Assembly: GCA_037447605.1 (NCBI GenBank)
Contig: CM074804.1
Span: 124,001 to 188,000 of the forward strand
Length of the DNA: 64,000 nt
DNA from: Zygnema circumcarinatum SAG 698-1b
Taxonomy: Eukaryota; Plantae; Zygnematophyceae
Direction: 5' to 3'
Position numbers and translations under genes: made by a program. Each line of letters opens with the position of its first letter. The stretch's first letter is position 1. The notes below the pieces were generated by a model, which saw only the letters and a list, made by a program, of their open reading frames with translations, searched no databases and was not told the DNA's origin. This document shows positions 52,037-61,915 of this stretch, one piece after another.

Positions 52037-53425
52037 CCTACACTTCCCAAAACCCCTCCAAACCCTTCAAAGCCACCAAAATAAACCCAAACCAGCAGAG
52101 TTCCGAAACACTTCAAGGCTTTTTGCAGCACTTCTTCAAGCTTTCCCAAAATCCTAACACCTGTTCCTGCATCCCGACAGCCGCCCTCCCTCCCTTCCTT
52201 CCTCTCTCCTGCACACTTCCAGGCCCCCTTCCTCCTGCAGCTCGTTTGGGGTGTTGGCCCTGGGGTGTTGCTGGCTCGTCAACACCCCAGGGCCCCTATC
52301 AGAAAGCCGGGGGGTGCCCGTAGTACCATAGGTGTGGTCCTAGGCCCGACACGAACGGCGTGACCATGCACATGGAACCGTTCCAATACGGAATGCACGT
52401 TCATAGTAAAGCGTTGAATTCCGACATAGAAGTCGAAAAAGTTACCAGTTCGTATGGACGACGGATTTGTACGGTATGAGGACAGCGCATTGGCCACCGC
52501 GTGTCGGTGCGCCTCGTCGTTGGTCGGTGGATTTCAAACTTATTCGCTTATTAGGTCGGTGACGCCACCTGACGTCTGTACGGAATACGCCTATAGGTCG
52601 GTCACGGACCGCGGATGGATCCGTACAAGTCTCGGAGGCCAGGGCTTCCGGTTGAGACACGTGACCTGCCTCATGAATGAAACAAGGGCTGATGACGTCA
52701 CACTTGTCACCCTCTCTCTCTCTCTCGCTCTGTTGCTCTCCCTCGTCTCTCTTCCCCCCACTCCCTCTCCCTCTCCCTCTCTTGCCCCCACCCCCTCTCG
52801 GCGCTCTCTATGGCAGTGGAAATAAGGTTTGAATGGAGTCGCAGTTAGTAATGGGGCACGAGTGACGGAACTTTTCTCAGTGTAGATAAGCAATGGCCAT
52901 GTCCATAACCTTCAACTACTCAGGGGGTTCAGACTTCAGACTTAGGAAAGTTTCACACTTTTGAAAGTTCGGAATTGCAATCCTCGAAAGAAACCGAGGA
53001 AAGGGGAAGTCGATACCTGTCTGTGTACAGCTTTCCATTGAAGATCAGGAGTGTATAGTACAGGTGCTGTTTTTCAAATACGTTGCACGGAAGCTAATTT
53101 TGAAATTTCCTAAATATTTTAGTAACAGCTAATCAGAGCTAATTCCGTATTTGGGGTTTCTCGAGTTGGGCAAACGGGTGCCAGACTTGGGAAAGCTTCA
53201 CGCTGACGAATTCTAAACCAATGCCCTTCATGTAACTGAATTCAAAACATTTTGCACCCATAAAAGTAATGGCACTGAACCTTAGGGGGCCCTCATTTGG
53301 CAGAAGCTCATCTGATATATAAAACTCTGTCAGTAAATGGCATTTGATCTACGAAGATGGGAACAGATAGGCCAATTAGCAGAATACACGAGACAAAGAA
53401 TGCATGTATGTGCTCTGAGCAGAAA

Positions 53426-54722
53426 TGAGGACCAAATGTCCCTGATATAGCGCTTGTCATTCATCATGTCAGCGAGGTAAGAAACCGCCAAACTCTCCGT
53501 CAAGTTACCGTGCTCCGCCATGATGGACAGCAGGTGGCATGCACGTCCTTTGTCATATGGGCACCATCCCTGGAAGGAGGAAACGAGAAGAGAAGAAGGG
53601 AGAGAGGGAGGGAGAAACAGAGAGAAGAGGAGAAAGTTTTAGGGGAGGAAGGGGGAAGAGAGAGAGGCAGAGAGGGAGAAGAGAGAAAAAAAGAAGAGGA
53701 GAGGAAGTTCAGTCATCAGCTGACAGAAGGCTTTCTTTGGCTTGATATAGAACCGATGGCGTGTCCTAAGGCCTCCCAGCCGTAGAAAGCAACTAACTAA
53801 TCCAATTACACAAAACTATCCTTCGATAAAAGACAACTCTACAAGGTACTGGAGAATGGTTGTCTTCCGATGCACCTTAGAAATGTGAAGTGGACAAAGC
53901 CATTCTGAAGGAGTCTACTAATTGTGAGTGTGGTACATCAGGATCAAAGTTCGAATCTTTCCAGGCATGATTCTACGTGGACGAGCCATGGATCCATTAT
54001 CATACAATATTATCAAGTGCTTATCTTTTAACGGCCTCCAAACATGACCGGATAGCACACTCGAATGCCAGACAGAAATTACCCGCAGACAAAGATATAT
54101 GCTTGAGGATGACGTAGTAAAGAATACACCTCAGCGCCGTACTCCTTAAACTTATGCTGAACATTAACCAGCCCAAAGGGAGTTCAGCTTCGTTTTCACT
54201 CTGTCATAGTTATACTGCTCCATCAGATGACTCAGCCCGGTAACATCCTGCTTGGTCGTAGCACCTTCTCGACTACCACTTTTTCCACTTGATGGCTTTG
54301 TGAGGTTAAAAGACCCTACGAGGCTAAAAGCATATATGTAATTCACCAGAGGATTAGAGGGAACAGAGCTGATTCTAGAATATCGAGGGATGACTATGCA
54401 ATATCCAAAACTGCACTACTCCCCTCTGAATGAAGCTACTCAGTTTCATTCACGAAGTCAGGTAGTGAAGAAATTCGAGCATTTGAAGTAAGAAAATTCA
54501 CCTTCTCCGCCTGCGCTCGAGAAAATGCCACCGCCAGCTTCGTCGGTGTCTTGTCGGCCTTGAAGGCCTCAAAATCTTCTCTGAAAAGGTAATCTTCATT
54601 CTCACGCACGCACCCAAAGAACAGCCATGCGTCCGCAGCCTCCCTTAGCCCCCTGTCTCCTCTCTCCAGCAGAAGCGCTCTCCTTTCCTGACGAACGCCT
54701 CTAAAGGGACAGACTCCTGTTC
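53426..54722 (-). pseudogene. C-terminal NADPH-binding domain of a diflavin reductase (methionine synthase reductase / cytochrome P450 reductase family), 3 exons: 54722-54502, 54168-54083, 53569-53426
   Basis: GTGVCPFRG, WLFFGC, DYLFRED, AFSRAQAEK|VNVQHK, IFVCG|DGAHMTKDVH and KRYIRDIWS. Lesions: TG instead of AG at the second acceptor, a 1-nt deletion near 53533, and TCA where a stop is expected. Confidence 0.85.
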
Positions 54723-55047
54723 CTGGTTCACCTTCTATACACCCCCCTTCTTATCTGCACCACATTCAGTTCAACGGAACTTATTTTTTTCACAATTACA
54801 ACGTTCTCCAATTGCTGACTTCCCTCCACTATATTTTTTCACAATTATAGTGTTCGCCAATTGCTGACTTCCCTCCACTTGCGAAGGCATCTCTTTACTT
54901 CGTAAAAATTAGCGCCCTAATAGTACTATACGACTAGGTAGGTTTCAGCATTAAAGTGAGGGTTAGGATCCACGGTAGGGTTAGGGTTAGGGATAGGGTT
55001 TTTTTTTATGTACATATACATATATATACTGGAAAGACAATCTGAGA

Positions 55048-55087
<40 letters not shown>

Positions 55088-55100
<13 letters not shown>

Positions 55101-55382
55101 TTTGCATGCGAGTGGTCTTATCCTCTTCTATGTGCTGTCCCCTGTGCTGTGCTGTCTGCATACTCTCCCTCTCTAACACTCTCTCTCCCTCAACCTCTCC
55201 CTCTCCCTCGCCTCTCAATCTCTCTCCCTCACCCTCTCCCTCTCCCTCGCCAATCTCTCTCTCTCCCTCACCCTCTCCGCCAACTCGTTTTTGAGCCTTT
55301 CTGCTTCACATGTCAGCTCCTTCACTTTGGCCTTCAGCCATTTATTTTCCTCCACCGGGTCTGCCTGATCTCCTCCTTCCAT
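55088..55382 (-). other. Short coiled-coil-like coding segment (MEGGDQADPVEENKWLKAKVKELTCEAERLKNELAER...), possibly the 5' exon(s) joined to the reductase fragment
   Basis: ATG at 55382 with a heptad-like translation. The frame breaks in a GA tract, either from an intron or from slippage. Confidence 0.4.
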
Positions 55383-55469
55383 AATCTCAAAGCTTGCGTC
55401 AGATTCATGCACTGTTCTCCCTCCATTACTTTTTTGAACGAAACAGATGGCAAAGGAGAGGGAGGCTTC

Positions 55470-55937
55470 TAGGGTTGGGGGCACGGGGGCACGGGCATGC
55501 CCGGGGGGGGGGCATGCCCGGGGGGGGGGCATGCCCGGGGGGGGGGCATGCCCCCCATTTTTGACCGTCCGTGCCCGGGGCACGCCTCCAAAAATTTTCC
55601 CCATATATTTCGTGCCCCCCCCGTGCCCCCTGTCACGTGACGCTTACCTCGAGCGACCGGGCCCGGGCCGGTGACGATTGTTGTGTTGAGTACTGTCCGT
55701 ACTTTTCATATTTCCGTACATTTGTACCTTTATTCGTACATTTAGTACATTCATCTGTACTTTCCGTACCTTAATCCGTACCGATTTTTAAAATATTATA
55801 TTCTTTTTTGGGCCGATTTGAATTGCTCAATGCAGTCACGTCACGGGGCACGAAAAAGGGGCATGCCCCCCCCCCCTTGGGGGGGGGGGCACGTGCCCCT
55901 GGGCACGGGTCGGAGGGGGACCGTGCCCCCAACCCTA
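55470..55937. mobile_element. hAT-type MITE, 468 bp, with 17-bp TIR TAGGGTTGGGGGCACGG and 8-bp TSD GAGGCTTC
   Basis: Perfect inverted termini; TSD at 55462-55469 and 55938-55945; subterminal GGGGCATGCCC repeats; no transposase. An 8-bp TSD and TAGGG ends are hAT hallmarks. Confidence 0.92.
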
Positions 55938-58174
55938 GAGGCTTCATTTAAAAAACATTTTTCTTCCCTGCCCAAGCAGCCTGTATCTGACGTGGCGGCA
56001 GCAAAATCGCTACGTCAGATAATATTTGTGGGGACGAGAGATTTTTTCTGACGCTATTTTGGGCCAAAAAAAGATAGAAAGGGTCAGGAATGGAAATTGA
56101 TCGGCTTCAAATTCCGGTTCCGTACCAGGAAATGCAAAATTGAGATGAGATTCTCGGTACGGTAACGGTCAGAACCGCCGCCTCCTTAAAAATATACGAC
56201 GGTGCGGTATTAAAAACAAATTTTAAAAATGGTCCACCGGGAGGGAGGCTGAATCTCTCTCTTACGGGAACTTCAGAGCAGCACCGTACCAAACCAAAAA
56301 CCAAAAGCCAAAAACCAAAAACCAAAACCAGAAACCAAAATTTTGCAACTCTCAATTCTCGAATGCGAACTAACATGATGGAAAACAGAAAATGCGTCGC
56401 ACAAACACCAAAGAAGGAGTTGATTAATTTATTCCGAAATGAACAAGTTTTTTTTTTATTATTTTTTTGAGCTCTCCATCGCGAGTAACCAAACCAATCG
56501 AATTTTGCCGATTTTCCAGCATTCGGAATGTACTATCTGACTATGGAGGGTCCCCTCCTCCAAAACGTGCTATCCCCCTCTCAGCAGCGCTGACGGCCTA
56601 CCAACGCAGTCTTCATGGAACGGCTTGGACTCAGGATTGAGGAAATTAGGTTTCTGGACATCTTCTGCAAGCTCTCATTCCCAAGGCCTCTACATCATCC
56701 TGTCATTAGCTGCTCCCCTTCTATGGCCCCCCTCCGAACCCCCGGAGGAATCTCTCCTCCCTTCTTCCCTCCCACTTCTAATTTGATAAATAGAGAGTGT
56801 CAAGCCTACAAAAAGTGAAACTGCAACTAGGAACGGGCCTTACCAGCCTCNNNNNNNNNNGGGGGGGGGGCATGCCCCCCATTTTTGACCGTCCGTGCCC
56901 GGGGCACGCCTCCAAAAATTTTCCCCATATATTTCGTGCCCCCCCCGTGCCCCCTGTCACGTGACGCTTACCTCGAGCGACCGGGCCCGGGCCGGTGACG
57001 ATTGTTGTGTTGAGTACTGTCCGTACTTTTCATATTTCCGTACATTTGTACCTTTATTCGTACATTTAGTACATTCATCTGTACTTTCCGTACCTTAATC
57101 CGTACCGATTTTTAAAATATTATATTCTTTTTTGGGCCGATTTGAATTGCTCAATGCAGTCACGTCACGGGGCACGAAAAAGGGGCATGCCCCCCCCCCC
57201 TTGGGGGGGGGGGCACGTGCCCCTGGGCACGGGTCGGAGGGGGACCGTGCCCCCAACCCTAGAGGCTTCATTTAAAAAACATTTTTCTTCCCTGCCCAAG
57301 CAGCCTGTATCTGACGTGGCGGCAGCAAAATCGCTACGTCAGATAATATTTGTGGGGACGAGAGATTTTTTCTGACGCTATTTTGGGCCAAAAAAAGATA
57401 GAAAGGGTCAGGAATGGAAATTGATCGGCTTCAAATTCCGGTTCCGTACCAGGAAATGCAAAATTGAGATGAGATTCTCGGTACGGTAACGGTCAGAACC
57501 GCCGCCTCCTTAAAAATATACGACGGTGCGGTATTAAAAACAAATTTTAAAAATGGTCCACCGGGAGGGAGGCTGAATCTCTCTCTTACGGGAACTTCAG
57601 AGCAGCACCGTACCAAACCAAAAACCAAAAGCCAAAAACCAAAAACCAAAACCAGAAACCAAAATTTTGCAACTCTCAATTCTCGAATGCGAACTAACAT
57701 GATGGAAAACAGAAAATGCGTCGCACAAACACCAAAGAAGGAGTTGATTAATTTATTCCGAAATGAACAAGTTTTTTTTTTATTATTTTTTTGAGCTCTC
57801 CATCGCGAGTAACCAAACCAATCGAATTTTGCCGATTTTCCAGCATTCGGAATGTACTATCTGACTATGGAGGGTCCCCTCCTCCAAAACGTGCTATCCC
57901 CCTCTCAGCAGCGCTGACGGCCTACCAACGCAGTCTTCATGGAACGGCTTGGACTCAGGATTGAGGAAATTAGGTTTCTGGACATCTTCTGCAAGCTCTC
58001 ATTCCCAAGGCCTCTACATCATCCTGTCATTAGCTGCTCCCCTTCTATGGCCCCCCTCCGAACCCCCGGAGGAATCTCTCCTCCCTTCTTCCCTCCCACT
58101 TCTAATTTGATAAATAGAGAGTGTCAAGCCTACAAAAAGTGAAACTGCAACTAGGAACGGGCCTTACCAGCCTC
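55537..58174. repeat. Direct duplication of 1314 bp (55537-56850 and 56861-58174) separated by a 10-N gap
   Basis: Identical ORF-track entries at a 1324-bp offset; the junction is the gap itself. Confidence 0.95.
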
Positions 58175-58398
58175 TATGCGCTACCACTTTGGAGAGTCTC
58201 GAGCGCCGCAAAGCTCAAAGACACCTAAAAGTAAACCACGAAACACTTAAAGAGTAACGACTGACGCCCAAGAATGCAAAAATAGGAGCACCTTCGCGGC
58301 ATCTGACAAAGCCAAAGCCTGGTCAAATCAATCTTTCTCTCACACCTCTCTCCCTCTCCTTCTCCCTCTCCTCCTGCAGTGCCTTAACCTGACATTAT

Positions 58399-60966
58399 CT
58401 ATCTCTGCCATGCAATCTGGGCCATGTCCGGCTTCAGGAGCAGCACTTGAGCTGTTCTGACGCTCTGCGGCCTCCATGTCCATAGCAGGAGACGCCATGC
58501 CCTCTGCTGTGCCCCCATGGGGAGAGCTAAAGAGCAGCTCTCCGCCGAGCCCGCCACACAGGCCACCACTCTCAGCCTCTTCAACACATCCTGCAAGGGT
58601 TCAGCTAAACCCCTCCGAATGCTCTGCCCGTCGACCCACCCCCCCGGCTGCACGTCTGTCCCTCGCAGCAGCCGATGCCGCAATGTCATGAACATGCGCT
58701 GCGGGGAGGGGTCTCTTTCAAGATGCCTCACATACATCCATGCGCGGTAATGCTGCTCATTGCGATGACAAGGGCGGCCCCCAGGCATCAGCAAATAGCC
58801 CTTCTGCTGGGCTCCCTCGGACCCGTCTCCCTCCCTCACACAATGCTCTTGAATCACAATCGACATCCCATCCATCACCCGCCCCAATCCCTGCTCTGCT
58901 TCAAGCCCCCGGCTGCCTCCTTTCGACAGCATCAACTCGAACTCTATCAGCAAAAATGGCAGATAAAGCCGCGTAAGCATGGGCAGCTCAGGCGCCTTCC
59001 TCCCTGCATGCTTATCCCCTCTCTTCACCATTCCCCTCCTTACTCCGAACAGGTCTCCACTCTGCAGAGCATAAGCGCGCTGCGAGTCCTTCACCTTGTT
59101 CAATCGTAAAGGCAACTGCAGCTCTACTCTGCCCATCCATAGCTGAGGTCCTCCCCGAGAAGCATTCACAGTTGCAATTCCCGCCTGAACTTGCGCATGG
59201 AGCTCCGTTAAAGCTGCTTCTATTCGAGGGAGAGCTGTCAGCATTCCCACAGAATCTGAGCCACTTTCCATCCACTTCGTAATATGAGGACAATTCTTCC
59301 GATTTCGACTTTTGCACCGAATGGGGGGGCCTCTGGGGGGGGGAACCCATGTTTGCAAGAACCGCATTTGAAAACGATTAAGTCCCATGAGTGTGAACAT
59401 GGCCACTAACAGCCGCGTTTGTTCTCCCTGATCCACAGGGAGCTCCTTCTCTCCCCACACCACTCTTCGGAGGACTCCATCGATAAATCCCCGGCAGAGC
59501 TGCCCCGTAATGATCCCCCATTTCCGTCGTAACTGAACTAAATTTTCCGCACATGTATCCTCACAACTCTGTGATGCAAAGAAAGGGAGATCTGCAGGAG
59601 TAATCTTTACTGAAGGGTGCTGGTAGATTACTTCTGATTGCGGTACAAAAAAGGCCTTTCGCTTCTCGTAGCGGAGAGTGAGAGCAAGCTCCACATCTTG
59701 TCGAGTGAAACCTGCGAGAGTGTCCCACAGAACCGCTTCCCGCAGAAAGTCTCTGCGCACTAGTAAGCAGTGATCTTCCAAAAATGAATCCACTTCTCTA
59801 GCTGCGAGTCCTCCTGGCTCCACTTTACGCTCTGATTCTGCAAGATTTATGTACAGCTTTCCGTCGTTACTGTAATCGTCGAAACTGAGTTCGCGTGTGA
59901 ACCCGACATGTGGCTGCAAAGGCCACTCAGACTCCCCTGCTATTGCTGCTGCAGCCCCGCCCATGATTCGACTATTTTCAACACTTGAAGAACCTCCGGC
60001 GATCCCCGTTCCCATGCGGTGCCTTTCCCATATGAATGGAGCAAACACGTCTCCGTCGGAACAGTTTTCCGCGAAAGCATGGAGCTCATGTAGCCATTTG
60101 CGGTTGGCAGGCATCACATCGTTAAAGATAAAGAGACCGTACTTTGTCTTAATTCGATCCAAAGATGCATTTCTAGAGCTGTATCCGCTTGCGAACAGCC
60201 CTGCGTCCACCAACTCCAGTCGCGAACACTGACTTTCCTTTTCTAGCAAATACCTGCGTGTGTTGTTATCCATGGGGCCCGACATTGCGTAAATCACACG
60301 CACTAAGGGTGAACTCTTGAGCACCTCCTCCAGATGCATCTGAGCCATAGCAAAGCTGTGCTTTCCACTTATAATTATCGTCACGTCCTGCGCGATCCGC
60401 TTATCCTCCTTCGTCACATCCTCCGCCTCCTTCTCCGCCTCCCCCCTCCCCTTCCTCTCCTTCTCCCACCTTTCCATCTCCCGCAACCGCCCGCCCCTAA
60501 ATCCTCCCCCGTCCTCCAGTGCCCTCCCTCGCCCCCTATTACCCGCATCCCCCTTTCCATCCCCTCCTACCCCACTTCCAGCTCTCACCCCACCTCCCCC
60601 TTCCTTCCCCTCCCCCACTTCCCCCACTTTACCTCCCCTCCCCCCTCCTCCCCCTCGTCCTCTTCCCTCCCCCTCCCTCTCTCCTCCCCTCTCTTTTCCC
60701 CCCGCCGCTGCTCTCTCTTCCTCCCCACCTCCCTCCAGCGGAATGGCGTCTGCCGTCCGCAGCTGCAGGTGCGAGATGGGCCAATCGCCGGCATCGGGGT
60801 CGTCCGTGAGGTCGGTCAGCACCTCGATCTCGCGCCGGAGCAGCAGCAGGGACACGGCCACGGCCAGCAGCAGCAGCAGCGCGCCCACTGACACAGAGGG
60901 CTGCCAAAGCAGCAATGCCGGCCGCCGCCGGGCCCTCCGCCGCCCGGGGCTGTGCCCCCCGCTCAT
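58399..60966 (-). CDS. Intronless 855-aa type II membrane protein with a GT2/GT-A glycosyltransferase-like domain
   Basis: N-terminal TM segment and Gly/Glu-rich stem, then DVTIIIS, SRNASLDRIKTKYGLFIFNDV, WLHEL, FLEDHCLLVRRD, FFVPQSEVIY and LRRKWG, followed by an unassigned C-terminal region. Confidence 0.75.
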   Translation of the reverse strand: MSGGHSPGRRRARRRPALLLWQPSVSVGALLLLLAVAVSLLLLRREIEVLTDLTDDPDAGDWPISHLQLRTADAIPLEGGGEEERAAAGGKERGGEREGEGRGRGGGGGRGGKVGEVGEGKEGGGGVRAGSGVGGDGKGDAGNRGRGRALEDGGGFRGGRLREMERWEKERKGRGEAEKEAEDVTKEDKRIAQDVTIIISGKHSFAMAQMHLEEVLKSSPLVRVIYAMSGPMDNNTRRYLLEKESQCSRLELVDAGLFASGYSSRNASLDRIKTKYGLFIFNDVMPANRKWLHELHAFAENCSDGDVFAPFIWERHRMGTGIAGGSSSVENSRIMGGAAAAIAGESEWPLQPHVGFTRELSFDDYSNDGKLYINLAESERKVEPGGLAAREVDSFLEDHCLLVRRDFLREAVLWDTLAGFTRQDVELALTLRYEKRKAFFVPQSEVIYQHPSVKITPADLPFFASQSCEDTCAENLVQLRRKWGIITGQLCRGFIDGVLRRVVWGEKELPVDQGEQTRLLVAMFTLMGLNRFQMRFLQTWVPPPRGPPIRCKSRNRKNCPHITKWMESGSDSVGMLTALPRIEAALTELHAQVQAGIATVNASRGGPQLWMGRVELQLPLRLNKVKDSQRAYALQSGDLFGVRRGMVKRGDKHAGRKAPELPMLTRLYLPFLLIEFELMLSKGGSRGLEAEQGLGRVMDGMSIVIQEHCVREGDGSEGAQQKGYLLMPGGRPCHRNEQHYRAWMYVRHLERDPSPQRMFMTLRHRLLRGTDVQPGGWVDGQSIRRGLAEPLQDVLKRLRVVACVAGSAESCSLALPMGAQQRAWRLLLWTWRPQSVRTAQVLLLKPDMAQIAWQR

Positions 60967-61247
60967 CGCAGCAGCAGCAGACCATGGCGCCGCGGCATTG
61001 CTCCTCTCTCCCCTCTCCCTGCCGCTTTTCCGCCTTCAAGCGAGCTTCTGCGCCTCCGACGACTTTCTGACACCTGCACCGAATTCAGTGTCTTCCTTCT
61101 GGTCGAATCCCTCCTGCTAGCCTGCGGCGGCAACAGCGGGAGAGGGCGAGGAGGGCGAGGGAGTGAGGGTGGGAGTGAGCGAGACGGAGGGAGGGAGACG
61201 GGGAGAGAGAGGGATCCGCTCACTAGGGTGGTGCGAGGCGAGCGGCG

Positions 61248-61386
61248 GTACGGTCTCCCATTTTCGGAAGGCCGCTGGAGGCCGTACGTACTAGTACAGT
61301 ACTGTACCGGAAAGTACGAAAAAATTACGAGAAAAGTACGATCAATGTACGGTAAAGCACCTGTCGTACAGCACCCTGGTCCGTAC
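61248..61386. promoter_or_regulatory. GTAC motif cluster (11 copies in 139 bp) between the divergent GT2 and DnaJ genes
   Basis: Counted by eye. Function is inferred. Confidence 0.45.
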
Positions 61387-61915
61387 AACTAATTACACGT
61401 GAGCCCGTTTGATTACAGTTCTCTGTTTCGCGTTTCGCCGTCGAATTGTGCACATGGAGCTTTCTGACCAGATTATGACCATATTACTAAGTTGACTGAC
61501 TAGCCGGTTAGCCAGTCAAGTCCACTCTGCAGGAAATACCAAAAATATTTTCGCTGCCCGAAAACTCTACATCGTCCTGCCCCGTCCAATGAGTATCGCT
61601 TAAGAAATGTCCTTACCTGCCCTGATCCCTCTCCAGCCATACATATGTCCATCTCGCAAGTGTAAAATGTCCGGTCAGCTGCCCAAAAAACCTTGGCACC
61701 CTCGACCCTCGACTTGTGGCCATTTTGTCCTGAAGCTCTTCCCCCTCTCACCACCCCCCCCCCACTCCCTCTCCCTCTCCCTCTCCCTCTCCCTTTCCCA
61801 ATTTCTCTCCCTATTTTGCTCTGTGAAGGCCGGCAGACGGAGTCCTGTCGCTCAGAAGTAGACCGACAGAATCCCTCCCGTTGAGTTCGGGTTGGAATTA
61901 GGGTTTGGAGCAACT

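Noticed and set aside
55571-58142. Four ORFs each present twice (67, 77, 89 and 67 aa)
   Set aside because: They are translations of the MITE and its duplicated flank, with no protein features.
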